The translations under genes and the position numbers were made by a program. This document shows positions 27,673 through 37,600 of a DNA stretch of 64,000 bases, one piece after another. The stretch comes from Actinomycetes bacterium (GTDB taxonomy: Bacteria; Actinomycetota; Actinomycetes; Actinomycetales; SCSIO-59966), in assembly GCA_046566185.1 (NCBI GenBank), contig JBKHXE010000021.1, forward strand, positions 2,053 through 66,052, in the 5' to 3' direction. The notes below the pieces were generated by a model. It saw nothing but the letters and a program-made list of their open reading frames with translations. It did not search any database and was not told where the DNA came from. Numbering within the stretch: position 1 is the first letter of the stretch; each line of letters opens with the position of its first letter.

Positions 27673-28505
27673 CGGGCCGCCCCGGTCAGCCAGCGGTCCC
27701 GCAGCGCCACGAGGACGGCGACCGACACCGCGAGCAGCAGGAGGGACAGCACCACGGCGGCGTCCGGGTCGGTCTCCAGGGCGAGGTACACGGCGGTGGG
27801 CATGGTCTGCGTGACGCCGGGGAGGCTGCCGGCGAACGTGATGGTGGCGCCGAACTCGCCCAGGGCGCGGGCGAAGCAGAGGACGGCGCCCGCCGTCACC
27901 CCGGGCGCCACCGCGGGCAGGGTCACCCGGCGGAACGTGGTGAGCGTCGAGGCGCCGAGGGTCGACGCCGCCTCCTCGTAGCGCGGGTCGGTGCTGCGCA
28001 GCGCTCCCTCGACCGAGATGACGAGGAACGGCAGGGCGACGAACGTCTGCGCGAGCACCACCGCGGTGGTGGTGAACGGGACCGTCACGCCGAACCAGGC
28101 GTCGAGGTGCTGGCCGACCAGACCGCGGCGCCCGAGCAGCAGGAGCAGCGCGACGCCGCCGACGACGGGCGGCAGCACCAGCGGCACCGTGACGAGCGCC
28201 CGCACGACGCGCCGTCCGGGCAGGTGCGCCCGCGCCAGCACCCACGCCATCGGCACACCGAGCACCAGGCAGACGAGAGTCGCCGCTGCGGCCGTCCCGA
28301 ACGACAGCCGCAGCGCGGCGGCCACCTCGGCCGAGGCCAGGCGGTCGGTCAGCGATCCCCACGGCGCACGGGCGACGAGAGCCAGCAGCGGGAGGCCGAG
28401 GAACGCGACCGCGAGGAGGGCGGGCAGGGCGAGCAGCACCGGCACTCGCGCGGTCGGTGGGCGGCGCCGACGGGCAGGCGCCTCAGGGGACGTCGAAGCC
28501 GGCAC
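27669..28505 (-). CDS. modB: molybdate ABC transporter permease
   Basis: ORF 27669..28505, 278 aa. The product is polytopic with the EAA-type loop YEEAASTLGASTLTTFRRVTLP. GTG 28505 overlaps modA by 23 nt, and GTG 28445 is an alternative start. Confidence 0.88.
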
Positions 28506-29259
28506 CGACGAGCACCTCCCGCCCGGTCTCCGAGAGCAGCAGGTCGACGAAGGCGTCGGCCCCCGCGGGGTGGGGTGCCCCGTCCAGGCGGGTCACCAGG
28601 TAGTCGTTGGCGTGCCGTTCCGCGCCGGCCACGGCGAGCCCCTCGACGTCGCCCCCGCCGGCGAGCACGTCGGTGCGGTAGACCAGCCCGGCGTCCACCT
28701 CGCCGAGGCGCACCTTGGTCAGCACGGCGCGCACGTCCCGCTCGAGGGTGTCGGGCCGGGCGTCGACACCGGCGTCGGCGAGCAGGGCCTCGGACGCGGC
28801 ACCGCACGGCACCTCGGGGGCGCAGAGCGCGACCAGCAGGGCCGGGTCCGCGAGGTCGGCCAGTCCGCCGACGCCGGCCGGGTTGCCGGCGGGGACGGCG
28901 ATCTCCAGGCGGTTGCGCGCCAGCAGGGCCGGCTCGCCGGTCGTCGCGCCGCCGTCGACGGCGACCCGCATCGCCTCGGGGCTCGCCGTCACCAGGACGT
29001 CGCCGGGCGCACCCGCGACGGCCTGCGCCGCCAGGGCGGTGCTGCCTCCCGTGCTGACGACGACGCGGGTGCCGGGGTAGCGCTCCTCGAACCGGCCGGA
29101 CAGCTCGGCGAGCACGTCGGTGAGCGACGCGGCGGCCAGCACGGTGACGTCGCCCTCGACGCGGTCCGGTTGCTGCCCCGGCGGGGGGCCTCCTGCGGCG
29201 CAGGCCGCCAGGAGCGCCGACAGCGCCGCGGCGGCGCCGTGCCGGCGGAGCGGCGTCAC
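28483..29259 (-). CDS. modA: molybdate ABC transporter substrate-binding lipoprotein
   Basis: ORF 28483..29259, 258 aa. It has a lipoprotein-type signal (ALLAAC), then VLAAASLTDVL...FGGS-like and VRAVLTKVRLGEVDAGLVYRTDV blocks typical of ModA. Confidence 0.88.
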   Translation of the reverse strand: MTPLRRHGAAAALSALLAACAAGGPPPGQQPDRVEGDVTVLAAASLTDVLAELSGRFEERYPGTRVVVSTGGSTALAAQAVAGAPGDVLVTASPEAMRVAVDGGATTGEPALLARNRLEIAVPAGNPAGVGGLADLADPALLVALCAPEVPCGAASEALLADAGVDARPDTLERDVRAVLTKVRLGEVDAGLVYRTDVLAGGGDVEGLAVAGAERHANDYLVTRLDGAPHPAGADAFVDLLLSETGREVLVGAGFDVP

Positions 29260-29657
29260 CGCGGCCCGGCCAGCTCGACGACGACGTTGGTGGCCTTGAC
29301 GCTGGCGACGGCCAGGGTGCCGACCTCGAGGCCGAGCTCGTCGGCGGCCTCGCGGCTCATCAGCGACACGATGCGGAACGGGCCGGCCTGCATCTCGACC
29401 TGGGCCATCACCGTGTCGCGGGTGACCCTGGTGACGAGGCCGCGCAGCCGGTTGCGGGCCGAGACGCCGCCGGGCGGGCCCTCGGTGCCGGCCGCGAGCT
29501 CCTGGGCGAGCGTGGCCAGCTCGGCGCCGTCCACCTCGATGCGGCCGGACGACGTCCGGCGGGCCGGCAGCCGCCCGCCGTCCACCCAGCGGCGGACGGT
29601 GTCGTCGCTGACGCCCAGCAGGGCGGCCGCCTCGCTGACCCGGAAGGTGGTGGCCAC
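29256..29657 (-). CDS. MerR/excisionase-type HTH plus TOBE (molybdate-binding) domain regulator
   Basis: ORF 29256..29657, 133 aa. It has an HTH (FRVSEAAALLGVSDDTVRRWVDGG) and a TOBE domain (ARNRLRGLVTRVTRDTVMAQVEMQAGPFRIVSLMSREAADELGLEVGTLAVASVKATNVVV). Its stop overlaps the modA start. Confidence 0.85.
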   Translation of the reverse strand: MATTFRVSEAAALLGVSDDTVRRWVDGGRLPARRTSSGRIEVDGAELATLAQELAAGTEGPPGGVSARNRLRGLVTRVTRDTVMAQVEMQAGPFRIVSLMSREAADELGLEVGTLAVASVKATNVVVELAGPR

Positions 29658-29730
29658 CCGGCCACGCTACAGCAGATGCGGCGCTGCTGAGCTATCCATG
29701 CCGCATGTGCGGCGCGGTCGCTGCCTGGAG

Positions 29731-31017
29731 TCAGCGGCGGCGACGTGGGCGTCGACGCGGCGAGCCGGTCGTCGCCGACGCGGTCCGGGGCGCGACCAGG
29801 GCCGTCGGCGCGGACGTCTGGCGGGGCGCCACGTCACCGACGAGGGCGGCGACGGCCGGCGCACCCGGCGCCGCGGTGGCCTGCCGCGGGGTGATGCCGG
29901 CCTTGCGCATCAGGGTGCGGACGTCGCCGCGCTGCTCGTCGAGCACCACGGTGACGACGGTGCCGCCGGCGCCGGCGCGCGCCGTCCGGCCGGAGCGGTG
30001 CAGGTAGGCCTTGTGCTCGGTCGGCGGGTCGACGTGGACGACGAGCTCCACGTCGTCCACGTGGATGCCGCGGGCCGCGATGTCGGTGGCCACGAGCACG
30101 CGCACTCCCCCTCCGGAGAACGCGGCGAGGTTCCGCTCGCGCGCGTTCTGGGACAGGTTGCCGTGCAGGTCCACGGCGGGGATGCCCGCGGTGGTCAGCT
30201 GCCGCGCCAGCTTCTTGGCGGCGTGCTTGGTGCGGGTGAACAGCAGGCGGCGGCCGGTGCCGGACGCGAGCTCGGTGACGACGTCCCGCTTGTCGGCGGC
30301 GTTGGCGACGGCCAGCACGTGGTGGGTCATCTCGGCGACCGGCGACTCGGCCGAGTCCACCGAGTGGGTCACCGGGGCATCGAGGTAGCGGCGCACCAGG
30401 ACGTCGACGCCGTTGTCGAGCGTCGCGGAGAAGAGCATCCGCTGGGTGCCGCGCGGCGTGGCGTCCAGGATCCGGCGGACCCCGGGCAGGAAGCCGAGGT
30501 CGGCCATGTGGTCGGCCTCGTCGAGGACGGTGATCTCGACGGCGTCCAGACGGACGTGGCCCTGGCCCATGAGGTCCTCGAGGCGGCCCGGACAGGCGAT
30601 GACGACGTCGACGCCCGACTCCAGGGCGGCGACCTGCCGGCCCTGGCCGACGCCGCCGAAGACGGTCGTCGTCCGCAGCCCGCTGGCGCGCGCCAGCGGC
30701 TCGAGCACCGCGGCGATCTGGTTGGCGAGCTCCCGGGTCGGAGCGAGCACCAGGCCGCGGGGCCTGCCGGGACGGCGACGCGCGCCACCGGCGGCGAGCC
30801 GCGTGACGAGCGGGAGCGAGAACGCGAGGGTCTTGCCGCTGCCCGTGCGGCCGCGGCCGAGGACGTCGCGCCCGGCGAGCGTGTCGTGGAGGGTGGCGGC
30901 CTGGATCGGGAAGGGCGTCGTGATCCCGCGGGCCGCGAGGGAGTCGACGAGCGCCGCGGGGACGCCGAGGTCGGCGAAGGTGGACGTGCGGACAGGGTCG
31001 AGCGTGCTGCTGTGCAA
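29731..31017 (-). CDS. DEAD-box ATP-dependent RNA helicase
   Basis: The 3' 428 codons of ORF 29731..32070. TTG 31017 with an upstream GAAAGG is preferred, but the start is uncertain. It has the Q motif (FADLGV...TPFPIQ) and the motifs GRTGSGKT, PTRELA, VLDEADHM, SAT and HRSGRTARAG, with a basic C-terminal tail. Confidence 0.9.
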   Translation of the reverse strand: MHSSTLDPVRTSTFADLGVPAALVDSLAARGITTPFPIQAATLHDTLAGRDVLGRGRTGSGKTLAFSLPLVTRLAAGGARRRPGRPRGLVLAPTRELANQIAAVLEPLARASGLRTTTVFGGVGQGRQVAALESGVDVVIACPGRLEDLMGQGHVRLDAVEITVLDEADHMADLGFLPGVRRILDATPRGTQRMLFSATLDNGVDVLVRRYLDAPVTHSVDSAESPVAEMTHHVLAVANAADKRDVVTELASGTGRRLLFTRTKHAAKKLARQLTTAGIPAVDLHGNLSQNARERNLAAFSGGGVRVLVATDIAARGIHVDDVELVVHVDPPTEHKAYLHRSGRTARAGAGGTVVTVVLDEQRGDVRTLMRKAGITPRQATAAPGAPAVAALVGDVAPRQTSAPTALVAPRTASATTGSPRRRPRRRR

Positions 31018-31121
31018 GAGGGAGTGCCTTTCGGGCAGAGGGTCGGGGCGCCGCAGCTGCTGGGTGCTCCACGACGGGCGGGCGCGCCGGGTCGGCGCTG
31101 CCTCGCGGGGACCAGTGTGCC

Positions 31122-31364
31122 CTACCCGCCCGGGTTCTCCAACGCCGGGTCCGTCTCGATGCACGTGGCGACGTAGGAGAACCCCTCCCGCGGCCGGTCC
31201 TCCCACTCCAGGTGGACGACCTGACCGGCCCGCAGCGGGTGGTCGTTCTCGACGACGTTCGCGTCGGCCCACACGCCGCCCGGCGTCTCGGGCGAGTCCA
31301 GGACGCCGCAGGCCGTCTCCGCGGACCAGTGGCGGACCGTGGCGATCGTGCGACGTGCGCCCAC
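31122..31364 (-). CDS. cold-shock-domain-like protein (divergent CSD with degenerate RNP motifs)
   Basis: The 3' 80 codons of ORF 31122..31559, from GTG 31364. ATVRHWSAETACGVLDSPETPGGVWADANVVENDHPLRAGQVVHLEWEDRPREGFSYVATCI follows the actinobacterial CSD-variant pattern (W..e.g.GVLdSp.tPGG...L..Gq.V...WE...G..Y.A). Confidence 0.6.
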   Translation of the reverse strand: MGARRTIATVRHWSAETACGVLDSPETPGGVWADANVVENDHPLRAGQVVHLEWEDRPREGFSYVATCIETDPALENPGG

Positions 31365-31485
31365 CTGTCGATGATGGCGCGGTAGGAGCGCGCGCGTCCC
31401 CGGTTCCGCCCGGCATCGCGGAACCGCTGCGTCGGACCGGCTCGACGCGGCACGCTGTCTGGTGGTCCGGGCGGAGGGGACAACG

Positions 31486-31956
31486 ATGAATCGACTGACG
31501 CGGGGGTTGCTGGCCGGTGCGGTCGCCGGCGCGGCAGGGACGACGGCGCTCAATGCCATCGCCTACGGCGACATGGCGGTGCGGGGCCGGCCGCCGAGCA
31601 CGACACCGGAGCAGAGCGTGGAACGGCTCGCCGAGCGGCTGCGACTGAGGGTTCCCGGTTCCGCGGCCCGACGGCCGCACCGCACGAGTGGCCTGGGTGC
31701 CCTGCTCGGGATGGCCACCGGCGCAGGGATGGGCGCCCTCGCCGGCGCGGCTCGTGCCGCCGGGGTGCGCCTGCCGCTGCCGGCAGGTGCGGCGGTGACG
31801 ACCGGGCTGGCGATGCTGGCGGCGAACGGGCCGATGACGGCTCTCGGCGTCACGGACCCCCGCAGCTGGACGGCGACCGACTGGGCGAGCGACGTCCTGC
31901 CGCACGTCGGGTACGGCGTGGTGACGAGTGCCGCGCTGCGGTTGATGCTGCCCTGA
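31486..31956 (+). CDS. hypothetical membrane protein (Gly/Ala-rich helices)
   Basis: ORF 31462..31956 trimmed to ATG 31486 (MNRLTRGLLAGAVAGAAGTTALNAIAY...). It has three or four hydrophobic Gly/Ala-rich segments. No family was recognised. Confidence 0.5.
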   Translation: MNRLTRGLLAGAVAGAAGTTALNAIAYGDMAVRGRPPSTTPEQSVERLAERLRLRVPGSAARRPHRTSGLGALLGMATGAGMGALAGAARAAGVRLPLPAGAAVTTGLAMLAANGPMTALGVTDPRSWTATDWASDVLPHVGYGVVTSAALRLMLP

Positions 31957-31966
31957 GCGCCGGCTC

Positions 31967-32605
31967 TCAGGCCTCCGGGCCCTCGACGACGGGGGTGGTG
32001 ACCGTGGCGGAGTACCCACCGCCGGTCTCCGCCAGCGCCGCCACCCAGACCAGCCAGTAGCGGTGGGCACCCGCGCCCTCGCCGGACAGGGCGGTCTCCC
32101 CGTCGGCGGTGGTCGTCGCGTCGGCCTCGGTCATCCCCGCGGGGTCGCCCGACGGTGCCTCGTCCCCCGCGAGCAGCTGGACCGTGAGGCCGGGGGTGGC
32201 GCTCGGCAGGGTCACCGTGGAGACCTCACGCGCCTCCCCCAGGTCGATGAGCAGGCCGACGCCGGACTTGAGGGCGCCGAACTCGGCCGTCGTGTAGGTC
32301 TGGGTCGCCCAGGTGCCGTCGCCCTCGTCGCGGAAGCCGCTGCCCCCCACAGGGTCGAAGCTGGCGATCGAGGCCGGCTCGATCTCCACGCTCGAAACCG
32401 TCGCCTGGTCGGTGGGGGACGCCGCGCCACCCGCCTCCTCCTCGCGGTCACCGAAGAGCGCCAGACCGCCGCCCACGATGAGCCCCGCCAGTGCCGCGGC
32501 GACGAGGCTGAGCACGACGGCGCTCGGGCTCGGTCCGCCCCGTCGCGGGGGCTGGCCGTACGGGGGGATGCCGGCCACCGGGGTCACGGGTTCCTGGGTC
32601 GACAC
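31967..32605 (-). CDS. single-pass membrane protein with extracytoplasmic beta-rich domain (hypothetical)
   Basis: ORF 31967..32710. It has a Pro-rich cytoplasmic head, a TM helix (AVVLSLVAAALAGLIVGGGLALF), then a ~150-aa domain ending HRYWLVWVAALAE. GTG 32605 is preferred. The first start, GTG 32710, lies inside the 19-bp tandem repeat. Confidence 0.5.
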   Translation of the reverse strand: MSTQEPVTPVAGIPPYGQPPRRGGPSPSAVVLSLVAAALAGLIVGGGLALFGDREEEAGGAASPTDQATVSSVEIEPASIASFDPVGGSGFRDEGDGTWATQTYTTAEFGALKSGVGLLIDLGEAREVSTVTLPSATPGLTVQLLAGDEAPSGDPAGMTEADATTTADGETALSGEGAGAHRYWLVWVAALAETGGGYSATVTTPVVEGPEA

Positions 32606-32706
32606 GGAGACGAGTCCATCACACCCCGTCGACGCCGTGGTCACCCGGTGTCGGGTGGCCTGGCCGGCGGGTCGGGGCGGTGCAGGCGGGCCAGGCGCAG
32701 CCGCGG

Positions 32707-32768
32707 TCACGCCCAGGTTCCTTGATCACGCCCAGGTTGCTTGATCACGCCCAGGTTGCTTGATCACG
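32707..32768. repeat. 19-bp direct tandem repeat, 3.3 copies (TCACGCCCAGGTT[C/G]CTTGA)
   Basis: The units are 32707..32725, 32726..32744, 32745..32763 and a partial unit 32764..32768. Copies 2 and 3 are identical, and copy 1 differs at one base. The repeat is intergenic, between recD (stop 32814) and the start of the 31967 gene. Confidence 0.95.
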
Positions 32769-32813
32769 GTGGGGTGGGCGATCGTCCCGGACGGTGGGGC
32801 GCTCGGGACCGGG

Positions 32814-34679
32814 TCAGCCCAGTGGGCTGCGCAGCCCGCTCGCGCGCCGCACCGGCCGCGCCACCGCCGCCCTCACCGCCTCCGCCGTGCCGACCACCCG
32901 CACCGACCGCCGCGCGCGGGTGACGGCCGTGTACAGCAGCTCGCGCGTCAGGAGGGGTGAGGCGGCGGGCGGCAGGACCAGCGAGACCTGCGTGAACTGG
33001 CTGCCCTGGCCACGGTGCACGGTCATCGCGTGCACCGTCTCCACCGCGGGCAGCCGGTGCGGGCGCACGGACAGCGGCCGCTCCGCGTCTCCGAACACGG
33101 CGACCACTCCCCCGCCGCCGTCCGCCACCACGACACCGGTGTCGCCGTTGTACAGCCCGCTGTCCCGGTCGTTGGCCGTCACCAGCAGCGGTCGGCCCGG
33201 GTACCAGGGCCCGCTCGCCGGCTCGAGGCCCGCCACGGCGGCGGCCTCGGTCACCCACGCCTCGACCTGCTGCGCCCAGTGCGCGACGCCGGCGGGGCCG
33301 CGCCGGTGCGCGAGCAGCACCCGGTGGGACTCCAGGGCGGTCAGCGCCGCCCGCGCGTCGCCCGCCTGCGCGGCGCGCACCAGGTCGACCCCGGCCCGCT
33401 CGGCGTCCCGCCGGACGCCGGCGACCTCGGCATCCTGGAGCCGCTCGCCGGTGGTCTCCACGAACGCGACCGCCTCGTCACCGCCGCGCAGCACCGCCAG
33501 GACGTCGTCCGCCCGACCCTCCCGGACGGCGGCGGCCAGCTCGCCGATCACCGTCCCGTGCCGGTGCACCACCTCGAGGCGGACGACGCCGCCCCGCAGC
33601 GGCGACGCGTCGTCCGGCAGGTCGTCGGGCAGCACCTCGCGCAGACGGTCGGGCAGGCCGTCCGCGGCTCCCGGCCGGGCCACCAGGTCACCGAGCACGG
33701 CTCCCGCCTCGACCGACGCCAGCTGGTCGGGGTCGCCGACGAGCAGCAGTCGCGCCTGCGGGCGCAGCGCCTCGAGCAGGCGCGCCATGAGCGGCAGGGA
33801 CACCATCGACGTCTCGTCGACGACGACCAGGTCGTGCGGCAGGTGGTGGTCGCGGTCGTGCCGGAACCGCGTCGACGACCCGGGTCTCCAGCCGAGCAGG
33901 CGGTGCAGCGTCGTCGCCTCGAGCGACCCGACCCGACCCCGGTCGGGGTCCTCCAGCCGGCCCACCTCCGTGCGCACCGCCTCGGTCAGCCGGGCCGCCG
34001 CCTTGCCGGTCGGGGCGGCCAGCGCCACCCGCAGGCCCGGCCCCGCGACGTCCTGCAGGACGGCGAGCAGCCGCGCCACGGTCGTCGTCTTGCCCGTGCC
34101 GGGGCCACCGGTGAGGACGGTGAAACGGCCCAGCGCGCACGCGGCGGCGGCGAGCCGCTGCCGCGCGTCGCCCGGGCCCGGGAACAGCCGGTGGACGGCG
34201 CGCGCCAGCCGCCCGGGATCCACGGAGGCTTCGTCACCGGCGAGGCGACCGTCCACCTGCGCGCGCACCAGCTGCTCGTGCCGCCAGTAGCGGTCCAGGT
34301 AGAGCCGTCCGTGGACCCAGCGCAGCGGCCGGACGGCCGGGTCGTCCGCTCCGACGGCGACCATCGGGCTGGCGGTCACGACGTCCGCCCACGCGTCCGC
34401 GGCCGGCCACGGCAGGTCGTCGGCGGGGGCGGCGTCCTCCGCCTCCGGGACGGCGACGACCTCGGCGTCGGCCAGGGGCAGGCAGACCGACCCGGCCCGC
34501 ACCCCACGCACCGTCAGCGCCGCGGCCAGCACGACCCGCTCGTCGGTCTCGCCGGTGAGGCGGGCGAGGCGGGTCGCCACATGGACGTCGGCGGCGGACA
34601 GCACCGTGGCCTCGTTGAACCGGGCGAGCAGGGGCGTGGCCCGTAGCGCCGTGCGGACGTCGTACGTCGGGGCCGTCAT
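32814..34679 (-). CDS. recD: exodeoxyribonuclease V alpha subunit
   Basis: ORF 32814..34754 trimmed to ATG 34679, which overlaps the recB stop (ATGA). It has SF1 helicase motifs (GGPGTGKTTTV, LLVGDPDQLASVEAG, AMTVHRGQGSQF) and lies last in a recC-recB-recD arrangement. Confidence 0.9.
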   Translation of the reverse strand: MTAPTYDVRTALRATPLLARFNEATVLSAADVHVATRLARLTGETDERVVLAAALTVRGVRAGSVCLPLADAEVVAVPEAEDAAPADDLPWPAADAWADVVTASPMVAVGADDPAVRPLRWVHGRLYLDRYWRHEQLVRAQVDGRLAGDEASVDPGRLARAVHRLFPGPGDARQRLAAAACALGRFTVLTGGPGTGKTTTVARLLAVLQDVAGPGLRVALAAPTGKAAARLTEAVRTEVGRLEDPDRGRVGSLEATTLHRLLGWRPGSSTRFRHDRDHHLPHDLVVVDETSMVSLPLMARLLEALRPQARLLLVGDPDQLASVEAGAVLGDLVARPGAADGLPDRLREVLPDDLPDDASPLRGGVVRLEVVHRHGTVIGELAAAVREGRADDVLAVLRGGDEAVAFVETTGERLQDAEVAGVRRDAERAGVDLVRAAQAGDARAALTALESHRVLLAHRRGPAGVAHWAQQVEAWVTEAAAVAGLEPASGPWYPGRPLLVTANDRDSGLYNGDTGVVVADGGGGVVAVFGDAERPLSVRPHRLPAVETVHAMTVHRGQGSQFTQVSLVLPPAASPLLTRELLYTAVTRARRSVRVVGTAEAVRAAVARPVRRASGLRSPLG

Positions 34680-37600
34680 GCCCCGCTCCCCTCCAGGACG
34701 GCCGAGGCGGCCAGCACCAGCGCGTCGGGCGGTCGCCACGCCATCACGCCGCACGGCGAGCCGCCGATCACGGGCGTACCCGGCCCGACCATGCCCCGGA
34801 CGAACAGGTAGAGCCCGCCGCCGTGGTGCCGCGCCGGGTCGTAGCCGGGCTGCCGCCAGCGCAAGAACCGGTGCAGCGCAACGCTGTACAGCAGCAGCTG
34901 CAGCGGGTAGTGCGCGTCGGACATCGCGGCCGCCATCGCCTCGGGCCGGTAGTGCCAGGTGGTGAGGGGCTCGTCAGGCGCCGCCAGCCGGTTCGTCTTG
35001 TAGTCGACGACCAGGTACCGCGGCTCGCCGCCGCCGTCGCGCACCCTCAGCACGGCGTCCAGGCTGCCGGTGAGGTAGCCGCGCAGCCGCTCCGGGGCGA
35101 GGTGCCGACCCTCGAGCCGGTCTGCGTAGGCGGCGAACACGTCGTCCGGCGGCACGTGCCGGCGCCAGGCCGCGCCGAGGTCGGCGAGCGTCGCGCCGCC
35201 CCGTGGGGTCACGTCGCCACCCGCCAGTGGCAGCTCGAACTCCAGCTCCGCCAGCCGGTCGCCGGGGGCGACGTCGCGCAGGGTGCGGCCGCCGGCCGGC
35301 GCGCCGAGCGGCGTGTCCAGCACGGGCGCCAGCGCGGCGGCCAGCTCGACGGGGTCCACGCCGGGCACCCGTGAGGACGCCGCCTGCCGGCACCGGTGCA
35401 GCAGCTCGGCGTCGAGGTCGGGCGCGGACGTGTCGACGCCCTCCAGCACCGCGTGCACCAGGGTGCCGAACGCCGCCCCGCCGGGCAGGTCCGCCATCGG
35501 TGACGGCAGTGCCAGGTCCGCGGGCGGTGCGGCGGCGTCCACGACGACGTCGACCTCGTCCTGCACACCGGTCGTCTCCGGCTCGCTGGCGACTCCCCCG
35601 GCCGACGCCGCGTCCCCCGCGTGGGCGGCCGTGGTGAGACCGGTGTACGACGTGCGTCGCCACGACGTGTCCAGCCGCCGCTCGAACGCGGCCACCGTCA
35701 GCGCCGCCCGCGAGGACCGCGGCGGCTCCCACCGCGAGGGCGGGGGCGCGGCCTCCACCGGCTCGAGCGCGATCGACCCGGCCGACCCGTGCACCAGCGC
35801 GTCGAGCGACGCGGCGATGTCGTCGTCGCGGCCGAGCCGGGCGGTCGGCGGCGGCACCTCCCCGGGGGCGTGGCCGCCGAGCAGCACCCGGGTCAGCGGG
35901 CCGGCCGCCGAGTTGCGCGCCGTCGGGCACCACCAGACGACCACCTGCGACCGGGCGCGCGTCAGCGCGACGTAGAGCAGCCGCAGGTCCTCCCCCCGCT
36001 CCTCGTCCAGGTGCCGCGCGCGGGCGTCGGCGTACCCGGGGTCGGTCTCGCCGCCGACGAGGAGCCGCCGGACGCCGGACTCGTCGTGGAAGCGCAGCGG
36101 GTCGGGGCTCGGGCTCTCGTAGCGGTCCCAGGCGAACGGGACGTACACGACGGGGAACTCCAGTCCCTTGCTCGCGTGCACGGTGACGACCTGGACGGCG
36201 GCGGCGTCGGTCTCGAGGCGGCGGCTGCGCTCCTCGGCGTAGTCGTCGCCGGCCTCGGCGATGCGGCGGCGCAGCCACTCGGTGAGCGCGGCGGTCCCGA
36301 GGCTGCCGGCGACCGCGGCCGCGTGCAGGCTCTGGCCGATGTGCCGCAGGTCGGTGAGCACCCGCTCCCCGGTCGACGTGCGCAGGAGCCGCTCCGCCAG
36401 ACCGTCGGCACCGAGTGCCTCGACGAGGGCCGCGACACCCCGCTCGGCCAGCACGCGCGACCAGGCGCGCACCCGGTCGGCGAGCTCGTCGCGCTCGGCG
36501 CCGCTGGCAGCGGCGAGTCGCTCGGCGTCCCACCCGACGAACGGCGTGAGGGCCAGGGCCGCGGCGCGTCCCGAGTGCCCGGGCTGCTCCGCTGCGGTCA
36601 GCATCGTGAGCCAGAACCGCGCCGCCGGTGTCGCGAAGACGCTCGACAGCCCGGACTCCACCGCGGGCACCCCGGCCGCCTCGAGCGCGACGCGCACAGC
36701 GGCGGCGTCGGCGTTGCGCCGCGTGAGCACCGCGATGTCACCGGGCCGCAGCGGGCGCCACCCGCCACCGTCCCTCAGCCGGGTCGACGACAGCTGCCGG
36801 ACCACGTCCGCCGCCACGTCCGCGACGACGAGGTCACGGGCCGGCCCGACGGAGGGGCTCTTGGTCCCCTTGAGCCGGAACGCTTCTCGTCGCACCTGCC
36901 GTAACCGCACGGGGGCTCCCCCGTCCAGGCGTCTGCCGGTGTGCTCGGCCTCCACCGGCCTGACGACGATGCGCTCGTCGCCGAGGGCCGCCTGGCGGAA
37001 CAGCCGGTCCAGCCCGAGCAGCAACGGCTCGTCGCTGCGCCAGCTGCGACCCAGGGTGGCGGTCGCCCCGGCGTCCGCGGCGGCGTGCAGGTACGTGACG
37101 ACGTCCGCACCGCGGAACGCGTAGATGGCCTGCTTCGGGTCGCCGATGAGCACGAGGGTCCGGTGACCGTGGAACGCCAGCCGCAGGATCTGCCACTGCA
37201 CCGGGTCGGTGTCCTGGAACTCGTCGACCATGACGACGCGGTAGCGGGCGCGCACGCGCTCCGCGGCGTCCGCCCCGTGCACCGGGTCGGCGAGGGCGTC
37301 ACGCAGCAGCACGAGCAGGTCGTCGTAGTCGAGCAGGCGGCGAGACCGCTTGCGCCGCAGCACCTCTGCACGCACAGCGGTCGCGAGGGCGTGTCGGTGC
37401 GCCGCCGGCGAGCCGGCCGGCTGCGGTACCGGCCCGAGGTCGGCCTGGTGGTCGCCGACCGCGGCGCGCCCGACGAGCCGCGCTTCGGCGACGGAGATCC
37501 GTGGGCCGGGCACCGACGCGTACCGCTGCAGGTACAGGTCGTCGACCACCTCGTCGACGAGGTCGGCGACGTCGGGCACGAGCACCGCGTCGGCGTCCAC

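Noticed and set aside
29670-29689. A small hairpin (CAGCAG-8 nt-CTGCTG) between the helicase stop and the mod regulator start, considered as a terminator.
   Set aside because: It has only a 6-bp stem and no U-tract, so it is too weak to call. It may simply be part of the promoter or operator region.
32707-32768. The 19-bp repeats considered as a possible CRISPR array.
   Set aside because: The units are directly abutting with no spacers, the repeat is too short, and no cas genes are present. I therefore called it a simple tandem repeat.
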